A stretch of 64,000 bases of DNA from assembly GCA_965204755.1 (NCBI GenBank), contig OZ242011.1, forward strand, positions 384,001-448,000, given 5' to 3'. This stretch comes from Candidatus Marinacidobacterium sp. (GTDB taxonomy: Bacteria > Acidobacteriota > Vicinamibacteria > Marinacidobacterales > Marinacidobacteraceae). How positions within the stretch are numbered: the first letter of the stretch is position 1; each line of letters opens with the position of its first letter. Shown one piece after another: positions 11,795-21,276 of the stretch. Made by a program: the position numbers and the translations under genes. Below the pieces are notes generated by a model, which did no database searches, was not told the DNA's origin, and was given only the letters and a program-made list of their open reading frames with translations.

Positions 11795-13024
11795 TCACCC
11801 TCCCCGCTGCGTGAGGAGATAGACCGCGAAACTGCCGAGCCAGTGGCTTCCGGTGTAGTTCTCCGGGTCCACCCCGGCGAGCCCGGCCTCCGCGTTTCGC
11901 ACCGCGAGAGCGGTCAACCCCGCCCGCCGGGGATCCTCCGCCGGAAGCGCCCCGGCGACCGCCCGCATCATCCAGGCGCGGCTCAGGTGGAGGCCGTGGA
12001 GGTGCCCGAAGGCGTCTTCGCGGTCCTCCGGCACGAACACCGGTTCGAGCGTGGGGCCCGGCCCCGCCGGCAGGAAGCCGTCGAACCACGCGGCGAACTC
12101 GACGGACGGGAGCGCCCGCCGCAGGAAGTCCGCCTCGGCGAGGCAGGGCGAGAGGAAGTCCTGCCCGGAAGGCTCGTAGGCGACCGGACAGTCCCGATCC
12201 CCGCCGAACCAGACCCGGGCGCGGGCCGCCAGCAGGTCCCGCATCTCCCGGGCCCCGACCGAGACCGCCCAGTCGTGGATCAGCCCGGCGGAGAACGCCG
12301 TCTGCTTGTGCTCCCCCACCCGCACCGGGTGCTCCAGTTTCTCGAAGAACTCGGTGATCCGCTCCGCCGCGTTCGCGACCAGCGGCGCGAGCGTCTCCCG
12401 CCAGCGCGCCGCCCGCTCCCGGTCGCCGGCGGCCGCCGACCCGTCCCCGGCCCACTCCGCCAGTTCGGCGTCGAGTTGCAGGAGCCAGGCGAGCCCGTAG
12501 GGACGCTCGAAGCCCCGCCGCCCCTCCACCGAGACATAGGCGATTTCTCCGGCCACCCGCTCCGGCGTGAAGTTCCGGTCGAGCGCCCCCCGCGCTTCGT
12601 CGGCGAACCCCGCCCCGGAGAACCGGCGGGTGAGCCGGGCCAGCAGCCAGTGCCCATGCACCGCGGAGTGCCAGTCGAAGCACCCGTAGAAGACCGGGGT
12701 GAGTTCGCGCGGCGGCGCGAGGTCTTCGTCCTGCTCCAGCCGCAGCGCGACCTTGTTCGGGTACTCCTTCACCACGCAGTCGAGCGCGAGCGCCGCGAAG
12801 GCCCCGGCCGCCGACTCCGTGAGCCGTTCCGGCCCGAAGTCGGCGAGCCTCTCCGCGGCCTCCGCCGTCTCGGCGGGCGCGGGCCGATCCACCGGTTCAC
12901 TCCCGCAGCCGGCGATCCCGCAGGACGCCGCGAAGAGGGCGGCAACGGGCCCGACCCGCCGAAGCGTCTTCCGGCGGGAGAGGTTCGGCTTCGGGTCGTG
13001 GTTCTCGCAAGGGGTCGCAGGCAT
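11795..13024 (-). CDS. DUF2891 family lipoprotein
   Basis: Motifs EYPNK, FYGCFDWHSAVHGHW, FERPYGLAW, EPSGQDFLSP and HWLGSFA; lipobox IAGC. Confidence 0.85.
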   Translation of the reverse strand: MPATPCENHDPKPNLSRRKTLRRVGPVAALFAASCGIAGCGSEPVDRPAPAETAEAAERLADFGPERLTESAAGAFAALALDCVVKEYPNKVALRLEQDEDLAPPRELTPVFYGCFDWHSAVHGHWLLARLTRRFSGAGFADEARGALDRNFTPERVAGEIAYVSVEGRRGFERPYGLAWLLQLDAELAEWAGDGSAAAGDRERAARWRETLAPLVANAAERITEFFEKLEHPVRVGEHKQTAFSAGLIHDWAVSVGAREMRDLLAARARVWFGGDRDCPVAYEPSGQDFLSPCLAEADFLRRALPSVEFAAWFDGFLPAGPGPTLEPVFVPEDREDAFGHLHGLHLSRAWMMRAVAGALPAEDPRRAGLTALAVRNAEAGLAGVDPENYTGSHWLGSFAVYLLTQRGG

Positions 13025-13050
13025 GGCGCATTCTCCCTCCCGCCTCCGGC

Positions 13051-13779
13051 TCAGTCCGCGCCGCGGGCCGCCGCCGAAACCCGGCCCGCGGCGGCGTCGG
13101 CGCGGCGGGTCGGCTCCGGCAGCCGGTATCCGGCGCCGCAGCGGAGGACGGTCCGCTCCGCGGTCGGGAGGTCCATCAGGTGGCCGGCGCTCACGAAGAC
13201 CGGCCGGACGCCGTCCCGCGTCCGGAGCGCGGTCCCCACCCGCTCGCCCCGGTGGACGAGGGGCGAGCGCTCGCCCCGGCGCGGGCCGGGAGGTTCCGCG
13301 TCCCCCACCAGCCGGCTCTTCGCGCACCCGATCGAAGGCAGTCCGGCGAGCAGCCCGAGGTGACAGGCGAGGCCGAAGCGGAGCGGATGGGCCCTCCCCT
13401 GCCCGTCGCAGAGGATGCAATCCACCGGCGAATCGAGCGCGGCGAGGGCGGCCAGCGCCGCCGGCCCCTCCCGGAACGACAGCAGTCCGGGGACATAGGG
13501 GAAGGTCACCGGCAGCCGGACGATCCGCTCCTCCACCACCCGGCGTTCCGCGAGATCCCAGACCACCGCCGCCGCCGCGCACTCCCGCGCGTCGCCGCGC
13601 CCTCGCGTCCGGGTTCCGCCGGTCCGCGGAAACGCGGCGTCCACCCCCGCAACGAAACGCGGTTCGAAGCCCTCCGGCCGCGCCCCCACGACCTGCCCCG
13701 CCAACTCGCGCTGCAGCGCCCGCGCGGCCGGCGGGTCGGTCGGCCACGGTCCGGATCGCAGGTCGAGCGTGTCCGGCAC
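13051..13779 (-). CDS. nfi: Endonuclease V (deoxyinosine 3'-endonuclease)
   Basis: Motifs VAGVDAAF, FPYVPGLLSFRE, DGQGRAHP, GCAKSRL, VFVSAGH and YRLPEPTRRAD. Confidence 0.95.
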   Translation of the reverse strand: MPDTLDLRSGPWPTDPPAARALQRELAGQVVGARPEGFEPRFVAGVDAAFPRTGGTRTRGRGDARECAAAAVVWDLAERRVVEERIVRLPVTFPYVPGLLSFREGPAALAALAALDSPVDCILCDGQGRAHPLRFGLACHLGLLAGLPSIGCAKSRLVGDAEPPGPRRGERSPLVHRGERVGTALRTRDGVRPVFVSAGHLMDLPTAERTVLRCGAGYRLPEPTRRADAAAGRVSAAARGAD

Positions 13780-13818
13780 GGGGGGCGGTATCGTAGGAGC
13801 CGCCCCGCCGGGAACTCC

Positions 13819-14235
13819 GTGCCGACCGCCCCCGCCGCTTCGGACCGCCCGCCCTCCCGTCCCCCCGCGCGCGCCGGGAACGGGAAGTTCGCCGCGGTGC
13901 ACGACCTGGTTCGGCGCATCCCGAAGGGCCGGGTGGCGACCTACGGGTGGATCGCCCGCGAAGTCAGCGCCGGCGGGTCCCCCCTTTCCGCCCGCGCCGC
14001 CGGCTGGGCGCTCGGCGCGTCGCCTCCCGGCGTCCCGTGGCACCGGGTGGTGAACGCCGAGGGAGCGCTCTCGGCGGAACGGAGCGGCCGCTGCCCGGCC
14101 GGGCGGCAGCGCTCCCTGCTCGAAGGCGAGGGCGTCCGCTTCGACGAACGGGGCCGCGTCCCGCTCGCCCGCTACCTCTGGCCGCCCGCCGGAGGCGCGG
14201 GCGAACTCTCGGCGCCCCCGGAGGACTTCCGATGA
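13819..14235 (+). CDS. Alkyltransferase-like protein (ATL, MGMT family)
   Basis: Motifs IPKGRVATYG, PWHRVVNA (Trp replaces the catalytic Cys of PCHRV) and QRSLLEGEGV. The start is uncertain. Confidence 0.85.
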   Translation: MPTAPAASDRPPSRPPARAGNGKFAAVHDLVRRIPKGRVATYGWIAREVSAGGSPLSARAAGWALGASPPGVPWHRVVNAEGALSAERSGRCPAGRQRSLLEGEGVRFDERGRVPLARYLWPPAGGAGELSAPPEDFR

Positions 14236-16166
14236 ACGACCGAACCCCGACTCGGTGGCGCGGCGGCATCAGCCGCCGGGACTTCCTGTCCGGCATGCCG
14301 GTGGCCCTCACCGGAGCGGCGCTCGCCTGCCGCCAGGTGCCGGAGTTCCGCGCCGAGATCGAGCGCGAGGGCGCCGCCCCCTACCCGCCGCTCCGCACCG
14401 GGATGCGCGGCTCGCACCCCGGCTCGTTCGAGACGGCGCACGCCTTCGCCCACGAAGGCCGGCGGTGGGACGCGGAGGACACCGGCGAGCGGTACGACCT
14501 GGTCGTCGTCGGCGCCGGCATCTCCGGGCTCGCCGCCGCCCACTACTTCCGCAAGGAGGCGGGGCCGGAGGCCCGCGTCCTGCTGCTCGACAACCACGAC
14601 GACTTCGGCGGCCACGCCAAGCGCAACGAGTTCCGGCTGGGCGGGCGCGCGTTCCTGATGAACGGCGGCACGCTGAATGTGGAAGCGCCTTCGCAGTTCG
14701 GCGAAGTCGCCGGCGGGCTGCTCACCGAGTTGGGGATCGACGCCGCGGCGTATCTCGACAGTCTCGAAGGCGTGCGGAACACCTACCGCGACCTCGGCAT
14801 GGGGAGCGGCATGTTCTTCGACCGCGAGACCTTCGGCGAAGACCGGTTGGTCGCCGGACTGCGGGGCCGTCCGCTGGCGGAATTCCTCGCCGGGTCGCCG
14901 ATGCCGGCGAAGGCCCGCGAAGACCTCGCGCGGCTCCACGCGGAACCGCAGCCCGACTACCTCCCCGACCTCTCGCCGGCGGAGAAGAAGCGCTACCTCG
15001 CCTCGATCAGTTACGCCGACTTCCTGACCCGCCACGCGGAGTGCGACCCGGCGGCGCTGTGGTTCTTCGACCACCGGCCGCGCAGCATCTTCTGCACCGG
15101 CATCGACGCCTTCCCGGCGCGCTACGCCTGGGAGGAAGGCTGGCCGGGGTTCTCCGGGATGGAGATCCCGCCGACGCCGCGCGAAAACCTGGCCGACGAA
15201 CCCGGCGGCCAGCACGGACGCGAGAACCAGGCGCGCGCCGACGAAGGCCTTCCCGACCTCTACTTTCCCGACGGCAACGCCACCATCGCGCGGCTGCTCG
15301 CGCGGCGGCTGCTCCCCGGCGCCGTTCCCGGATCGAGTTTCGAGGATGTGGTCACCGCGCCGGTGGACTACACCGCGCTCGACCGCGAGGAATCCCCGGC
15401 GCGGATCCGGCTGTCCTCCACCGTGATCGGAGTGGCGCCGGAGGCCGGCGGCCCGGTGCGGGTCACCTATGTGAAGGACGGCCGGGGGCGGAGCGTCCGG
15501 GCGGAGCGGGTGGTCCTCGCCTGCTGGCACAACATGATCCCCTACCTGGTCCCCTCGCTCCCGAAAGCGCAGCGCGACGCCCTCGCCTGGCCGGTGAAGT
15601 CGCCGCTCCAATACACGAGCGTCCTGCTCCGCCAGTGGCGCCCCTTCGTCGAAGCGGGAACCTCCACGATCTACGCCCCGGCGAGTTACTGCACCACGGT
15701 GGCGCTCGCGCCCCCGCTCGTCCTCGGTGACTACCGCACTTCGACTTCCCCGGACGAACCGCTGGTCCTGCGCATGAACCGCTACCCCGGGGAAGCGGGG
15801 CTCTCCCGCCGCGAACAGCACCGGATCGGCCGGATGGAACTCCTCTCCACCACCTTCGAACAGGTGGAGGCCCGCCTGCGCGACCAGTTGACCCGGATGC
15901 TCGGCGGCCGCGGGTTCGACTTCGACCGCGATGTGGCGGCGATCACCGCGAACCGCTGGCCGCACGGCTACACCTACTCCTACAACCCGCTCTTCGACCC
16001 CCCGGAATGGGCCTTCGAGGCCGGCGACGACCGCCCGGTGGTCACGGCGCGCCAACCCTTCGGCCGCATCGCCATCGCCGGCGCGGACGCCGCGGCGAGC
16101 CCCCACACCGACGCCGCCATCCGCGAAGCGCACCGCGCCGTCCACGAAGTCCTCGCCGCCGACTGA
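14232..16166 (+). CDS. Tat-exported FAD-dependent oxidoreductase, spermidine dehydrogenase (SpdH)-like
   Basis: Tat motif SRRDFL; motifs YPPLRTGMRGSHPGSFE, VVGAGISG, DNHDDFGGHAKRNEF, FPDGNATIAR and NRWPHGY. Confidence 0.8.
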   Translation: MNDRTPTRWRGGISRRDFLSGMPVALTGAALACRQVPEFRAEIEREGAAPYPPLRTGMRGSHPGSFETAHAFAHEGRRWDAEDTGERYDLVVVGAGISGLAAAHYFRKEAGPEARVLLLDNHDDFGGHAKRNEFRLGGRAFLMNGGTLNVEAPSQFGEVAGGLLTELGIDAAAYLDSLEGVRNTYRDLGMGSGMFFDRETFGEDRLVAGLRGRPLAEFLAGSPMPAKAREDLARLHAEPQPDYLPDLSPAEKKRYLASISYADFLTRHAECDPAALWFFDHRPRSIFCTGIDAFPARYAWEEGWPGFSGMEIPPTPRENLADEPGGQHGRENQARADEGLPDLYFPDGNATIARLLARRLLPGAVPGSSFEDVVTAPVDYTALDREESPARIRLSSTVIGVAPEAGGPVRVTYVKDGRGRSVRAERVVLACWHNMIPYLVPSLPKAQRDALAWPVKSPLQYTSVLLRQWRPFVEAGTSTIYAPASYCTTVALAPPLVLGDYRTSTSPDEPLVLRMNRYPGEAGLSRREQHRIGRMELLSTTFEQVEARLRDQLTRMLGGRGFDFDRDVAAITANRWPHGYTYSYNPLFDPPEWAFEAGDDRPVVTARQPFGRIAIAGADAAASPHTDAAIREAHRAVHEVLAAD

Positions 16167-16256
16167 CCCGGACTTCGTCCGGCCCTCTCCGTTCCCGCCC
16201 GCCCGCCCCCGAAGGGATGACCGTTTTCGTCTCGCTGCCCGGCTACGGTTCGTCCC

Positions 16257-17939
16257 GTGCCTGAAAGCGCGGCGGCCCCGAACTCGCCGAAGGCCCGCGG
16301 GGCCTACTACTCGCCGAGGCGGGTCGCCGCCGCCCTGGTCCGCTGGGCCGTCCGCCGCCCGGACGACCGCCTGCTCGACCCGGCGTGCGGCGACGGCCGG
16401 TTCCTGGCGATGCATTCCCCGAGCGCCGGCGTGGACTGCAGCGATTCGGCGGTCCGGGCGGCGAGGGCGGCCGCGCCGGGCAGCGTCGTCCACGCCGCCG
16501 ACTTCTTCGAATGGGCGGCCTCCGCCCGCGAGAGATTCGACTGCGCGGCCGGGAACCCGCCGTTCATCCGCTACCAACGGTTTCGCGGCGCCGTAAGGGC
16601 GCGCGCCCGCCGACTTTCCGCCGCCCAAGGCGCCCCCCTTTCCGGGCTCGCGTCCTCCTGGGCCCCGTATCTCGTCGTAACGGCGTCGCTCCTCCGCCCC
16701 GGCGGTCGCATGGCGTTCCTCGTTCCGGCCGAAATCGGGCACGCCCCCTACGCCGCCCCCCTCCTGTCGTGGCTGGCGAGCCGGTTCGATTCCGTGCGCG
16801 TGGTCGCGGTTCGCCACAAGATCTTCCCGAAGTTGTCCGAGGATGTCTGGGGGCTCTACGCCGAGGGTTTCGGCGGCGCGACGGACGCCCTGACCTTTGC
16901 CGCGACGGAGACTTTCGAGCCGCCGGACGCCGAACCGTCCGGCATGCGCGTTTCGCTCGAAGAGTGGAAGAGTTGGAACTGCCGCCTCCGTCCGCTGCTC
17001 CTTCCCGCGCGGGTAACGGCCGAGTACCGCCGCCTGCTCGCGCAGTCGGGGACGGCGCGGCTCGGCGACCTGGCCTCCGTCGGGATCGGGTATGTCTCCG
17101 GGGACAACGACTTCTTCCACTTGAGCCCCTCGCGGGCGGCCTCGCTCGCCATCCCGGAAGCGGACCTGGCGCCGACGGTGCGTCGAACCCGCGACCTGCA
17201 GGACGGGGCGGTCACCTCCGGGACCGTCGAACGATGGAGAGTCGAAGACCGCCCCAACTTCCTGCTCCGCCTCCGCGCCCGCCGACCGCTCGCGGCCGGA
17301 GTCCGAAGGTACCTGGAGTCCGAAGAGGGACAGCGGGCGCGCGGGCGCTACAAGTGCCGAGTACGGGAGCCGTGGTACTCGGTGCCCAATGTGACCGCGC
17401 CGGACTTCTTCCTCGCCTACCTGAGCAGCGGCCAGCCCGCCCTGGCGCGGAACCGCACCGACTGCGCCTGCGCCAACGCCATCCACGCGGTACACCTCCG
17501 CAACGGCCGGTCGCCCGCCGCGCTGCTGCGGCAATGGGATTCGCCGCTGACCGCCCTCAGTTGCGAGATCGAAGGGCATCCCCTCGGCGGCGGCGCCCTC
17601 AAACTCGAACCCCGCGAAGCGCGGCGCGTCGCCGTGGACAACGGGCGGCTCGGCGCGGAGACGAAGACGCTGCTCCGGGAAGGCGCAGAGGTCCTGCGCC
17701 GCTGGCGAAATGGCGATCGCGCCGTTGCGCCCGCCGAGTCCGATGACGATTCGACCGGCCCCCGACAGCCCGTTGCGGCTCGATACCCTCTTCGACCGAC
17801 TGCATCGAGAGTGCGACCGGCGGTATGGCTTCGCCGCGCCTCGCCCGGCCACGCGGACCGAGCGTCTCGTCTGGCGGGCGGACTCGCCGGCGCTCCTCGA
17901 ACCGGTGGCGGAACACTGCGCACCCGGAAACGATGGTGA
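16257..17939 (+). CDS. Amino-DNA methyltransferase (N6-adenine/N4-cytosine, gamma-type, Eco57I/TaqI-like); apparently orphan
   Basis: GAYYSP, motif I LDPACGDGRF, motif IV GNPPFIRYQ and C-terminal EIEGHPLGGGALKLEPRE. The last ~75 aa look like low-complexity run-on. Confidence 0.85.
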   Translation: MPESAAAPNSPKARGAYYSPRRVAAALVRWAVRRPDDRLLDPACGDGRFLAMHSPSAGVDCSDSAVRAARAAAPGSVVHAADFFEWAASARERFDCAAGNPPFIRYQRFRGAVRARARRLSAAQGAPLSGLASSWAPYLVVTASLLRPGGRMAFLVPAEIGHAPYAAPLLSWLASRFDSVRVVAVRHKIFPKLSEDVWGLYAEGFGGATDALTFAATETFEPPDAEPSGMRVSLEEWKSWNCRLRPLLLPARVTAEYRRLLAQSGTARLGDLASVGIGYVSGDNDFFHLSPSRAASLAIPEADLAPTVRRTRDLQDGAVTSGTVERWRVEDRPNFLLRLRARRPLAAGVRRYLESEEGQRARGRYKCRVREPWYSVPNVTAPDFFLAYLSSGQPALARNRTDCACANAIHAVHLRNGRSPAALLRQWDSPLTALSCEIEGHPLGGGALKLEPREARRVAVDNGRLGAETKTLLREGAEVLRRWRNGDRAVAPAESDDDSTGPRQPVAARYPLRPTASRVRPAVWLRRASPGHADRASRLAGGLAGAPRTGGGTLRTRKRW

Positions 17940-17942
17940 CCA

Positions 17943-18299
17943 GTGACTTCTCCCCGAGCCGCCGACTACGGCGAGTACGCGCCGCTCCATCGGTGGTTCG
18001 CCGCTTGGCCGGAGCGCCGCTGCCGGTTGTCCTTCACGCAGATCGAGCAGATCCTCGGGTTCGGACTGCCGCGCGCCGCGCGGGTCTCTCCGGAGTGGTG
18101 GTCGAGCGGCGACAGCCGCAACCATGCGCGCGCCTGGGAGGCCGCGGGGTTCAACGCGCGGCTGCTTCCCGAGGAAGAGGCCGCGCTCTTCCTCCGGCGC
18201 GTCGATCTCGACCGCGAATGGCCGATCCTGTCGGAGAATCCCTGGCCGCCGGGGTTCACCGCCTCGCGTTGTCAACTCTACGACGATGACGGTCGCTGA
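17943..18299 (+). CDS. Small DUF7662-like protein with antitoxin-like C-terminal tail
   Basis: Pattern YAPLHRW...LSFTQIEQILGFGLP...WWS...HARAWEAAGF; tail PWPPGFTASRCQLYDDDGR. Confidence 0.6.
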   Translation: MTSPRAADYGEYAPLHRWFAAWPERRCRLSFTQIEQILGFGLPRAARVSPEWWSSGDSRNHARAWEAAGFNARLLPEEEAALFLRRVDLDREWPILSENPWPPGFTASRCQLYDDDGR

Positions 18300-19743
18300 C
18301 CGGCGCCGGTTCGCGGGCCCGAAACGGGCCGGCGCGCGGCGGAGCGCGGAAGCGGCGGGGAATGCCGCGGCCGGTCCGCGGGAGGGGCTTTCGCGGCGGG
18401 AGGTGTTGGCCGGGGCCGCCGGGACTTCGGCGCTGCTGGCCGGCGGGGCCGGGGCGGTGGCTTCGCAGGCGAGGCCCGAGCCGGCGACTCCGGCGGCGCC
18501 GGAACTCTTGGCCGCGCCTCCGATTCCGACGGTGCGGATCGGGTTCGTCGGGGTCGGCGGGATGGGCTCGGTGCATGTGAAGAACCTGTTGGAAGTCGGG
18601 CGGGTGTCTCCCGGAGTCGAGATCCGGGCGGTCTGCGACATCCGCTCCGAACACGCGGAGCGCGCCCGGGAGTGGATCCGCGAGGCGGGCGGGCCCGAAC
18701 CGACCCTCTACACCCGGGGCGAACGCGACTACGAGCGGATGTGCTCGGAGGAGGAACTCGACCTCGTCTTCACCGCGACGCCGTGGCGGTTCCATGCGCC
18801 GGTCTGCCTCGCCGCGATGGAGGCCGGGAAACACGCCGCCACGGAAGTGCCGGCGGCCACGACCATCGAGGACTGTTGGGCGCTCGTGGAGACCGCGGAG
18901 CGGACGCGCCGCCACTGCGTGATGATGGAGAACTGCAACTACGGGCGATGGGAAATGCTGGTCTTCCACCTCGTGCGGCTCGGCGTCCTCGGCGAAGTCC
19001 TGCACGCCGAAGGCGGCTACCTGCACGACCTGCGCGAGGTCAAGTTCTCCGACCGCGGCGAAGGGCTCTGGCGCCGCGCCCATTCCCGGCGGCGGAACGG
19101 GAACCTCTACCCGACCCACGGCCTCGGGCCGGTGGCGAACTGCCTGGACATCGGCCGCGGCGACCGCTTCGACTACCTGGTCTCCATGAGCGGGCCTTCC
19201 CGCGGCCTGCAGGACTACGCGAGGGAGCACTTTCCCGCGGGCGCGCCGGAACGCGGGGAGACCTTCGCCCTCGGCGATGTCAACACGAGCCTGATCCGCA
19301 CCGCCCGCGGGCGGACGATCACCGTAGTCCACGACACGAACCTCCCGCGGCCGTACAGCCGCATCCATTTGGTGCAGGGGACGAAGGGCCTGTTCTCCGG
19401 GTATCCGAACCGGGCGTACATCGAAGGGCGGAGCCCCGAACACCGCTGGGAAGACGCGGAAACCCTGCTCGAGGAATACGAACATCCGCTCTGGCGCGCC
19501 GCTACCGGGGAAGGCGCCGGCGGCGGCCACGGCCGGATGGACTACCTGGAGGACTACCGGCTCGTCCGCTGTCTCCAGGAAGGCCTGCCGACCGAGATGA
19601 ATGTGTACGACGCCGCCGCGCTGAGCGCCGTTACCGACCTGAGCGAACGGTCGGTGGCCGACCGCAGCCGCCCCGCCGACTTCCCCGACTTCACGCGCGG
19701 CGCGTGGGAGCGGTTCCCTCCCCTGCCCGTCGTTACCGGGTAA
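18286..19743 (+). CDS. Tat-exported Gfo/Idh/MocA oxidoreductase, GH109 alpha-N-acetylgalactosaminidase-like
   Basis: Tat motif SRREVL; motifs GFVGVGGMG, ATPWRFH, EVPAA, MMENCNY, NLYPTHGLGP and GHGRMD. Confidence 0.88.
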   Translation: MTVADRRRFAGPKRAGARRSAEAAGNAAAGPREGLSRREVLAGAAGTSALLAGGAGAVASQARPEPATPAAPELLAAPPIPTVRIGFVGVGGMGSVHVKNLLEVGRVSPGVEIRAVCDIRSEHAERAREWIREAGGPEPTLYTRGERDYERMCSEEELDLVFTATPWRFHAPVCLAAMEAGKHAATEVPAATTIEDCWALVETAERTRRHCVMMENCNYGRWEMLVFHLVRLGVLGEVLHAEGGYLHDLREVKFSDRGEGLWRRAHSRRRNGNLYPTHGLGPVANCLDIGRGDRFDYLVSMSGPSRGLQDYAREHFPAGAPERGETFALGDVNTSLIRTARGRTITVVHDTNLPRPYSRIHLVQGTKGLFSGYPNRAYIEGRSPEHRWEDAETLLEEYEHPLWRAATGEGAGGGHGRMDYLEDYRLVRCLQEGLPTEMNVYDAAALSAVTDLSERSVADRSRPADFPDFTRGAWERFPPLPVVTG

Positions 19744-19815
19744 CCGCGCGGGGCGCGGCGGCCGCGGCTCGTCGTCCGGCCCGACTCGCCCCCGGCCGTT
19801 CCGGCCGGAGCGCCG

Positions 19816-21276
19816 CTACTCGATCCCCGGCCCCGGACGCGCGCGGAGCGCCGGCGGCGTCGGAGCGACCGCGCCGTTCCGCACCACCCAGTAGCCGTCG
19901 CGGAACACTTCCGCCACATTGGCCAGCGCGCCGAGATCGGTGAGCGGGTCGCCTTCGACGATCAGCAGGTCGGCCAACTTCCCGACCTCGATGGTCCCGA
20001 GTTTGTCGTCCATTCCCAGGATGCGGGCGCTGTCCCGCGTGGCGGCGACGAGCGCCTCCGAAGCGGTGAAACCGGCCTCCCGGTACGCCTCGAGTTCCCA
20101 AATGTAGGCGCGCGGCAGGTCGCGGAAGTTCTCGAGGATGAGATCGGTGCCGACGCCGATGAGGATGCCCGCTTCCTTGAGGCGCCGGAGCATCGCCCGG
20201 CTGATGTCGCCGTCGAGTTCGAACCGGCGCGAAGTCGAGCCGTGGTAACTGCCGCGTTCGTTGAAGATGTAGTCGTAGGTGATGATCGTCGGTACGGACG
20301 CCGTGCCGTACTGCGCCATCATCCGGATCACTTCGTCGGTGCGCGGCAGCGGGTGTTCGATGGTGTCCGCTCCGGCCTCCACCGCCCAGCCGGTGTAGAA
20401 GGTCTCCGAGTCCACGGTCACCTTGAGGCCGAGCGCGTGGGCTTCGTCCACCGCCGCTTCGATCTCTTCCTGACTGTAGTGGCTCGCGACCTTGATGAAG
20501 TCGGCGCCGAGTTTGAACTGTTGGCGCACCGCCTCCCGGAAGCCGTCGGCGCCCGACGCTTCGACGATCCCGCCGTAGAGCGGGTGGTGGATCGACAGAC
20601 CTTCGGCGCCGTGTCCGCCGGTCCCGGTGATCAGCGACCCGGCGGCGAAGACCCGCGGCCCCGGAATCCGGTTCTCGTTCACCCACTCTTTGAGGATGAA
20701 CGGCGCCGTCCCCGCCGAACCGGTATCCCGTATGGAAGTGATTCCCGAACCGAGGAAGACATGCAGCCGCTCCAGCGCGCGCAGCGTGGCGTGGACCGGA
20801 TCTATGGCGAGCGCCTGCGGGACTCCCGGTTCCGTATAAGTGAGATGGGTATGGAGATCGATCAGGCCGGGGAGCACGGTGTGCCCGGCGACTTCGAGCA
20901 CCAGAGAGTCCGCCGGCCAACCGCGCTCGCCGGCGGGCCAGCCGGTCTCCTCCGGCCCGAGCACCGCGGCGATGCGGTTCCGCTCGAAGACCACCGTCGC
21001 GATCTGCGGCTCGGCGCCCGAACCGTCGAACACGAAGCCGCCCACGAGGACGGTCGTTCGATCCGGGCCGCGCTCGCCGGGCGGCGCCGGCACCCGGCGG
21101 GGATCGTCGGAAGTGGGAACCTCGTTCAGGAACGGGCGGCGGTCCACGAGTTGCCGCCCGGTCCCGGGTTGCGCGGCGGCGGACGCCGCGCCGAACACCA
21201 AGCCGAGCGACAACCACCCGGCGGCCCGGCCGACGCCCGCCGGCCGGGCCGAAACCCGGGAAGACCGCGCCGTCAA
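19816..21276 (-). CDS. Secreted amidohydrolase family protein (Xaa-Pro dipeptidase-like)
   Basis: Motifs LPGLIDLHTH, TGGHG, GADFIK, GTD and GTIEVGKLADLLIVEGDPL. The TTG start overlaps the upstream stop. Confidence 0.85.
   Translation of the reverse strand: MTARSSRVSARPAGVGRAAGWLSLGLVFGAASAAAQPGTGRQLVDRRPFLNEVPTSDDPRRVPAPPGERGPDRTTVLVGGFVFDGSGAEPQIATVVFERNRIAAVLGPEETGWPAGERGWPADSLVLEVAGHTVLPGLIDLHTHLTYTEPGVPQALAIDPVHATLRALERLHVFLGSGITSIRDTGSAGTAPFILKEWVNENRIPGPRVFAAGSLITGTGGHGAEGLSIHHPLYGGIVEASGADGFREAVRQQFKLGADFIKVASHYSQEEIEAAVDEAHALGLKVTVDSETFYTGWAVEAGADTIEHPLPRTDEVIRMMAQYGTASVPTIITYDYIFNERGSYHGSTSRRFELDGDISRAMLRRLKEAGILIGVGTDLILENFRDLPRAYIWELEAYREAGFTASEALVAATRDSARILGMDDKLGTIEVGKLADLLIVEGDPLTDLGALANVAEVFRDGYWVVRNGAVAPTPPALRARPGPGIE

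Noticed and set aside
16257-17939. Local MTase as the cause of ACGT/AGCT depletion
   Set aside because: It has an NPPF amino-MTase motif, not the PC motif of C5-cytosine MTases, and its specificity cannot be read from the sequence.
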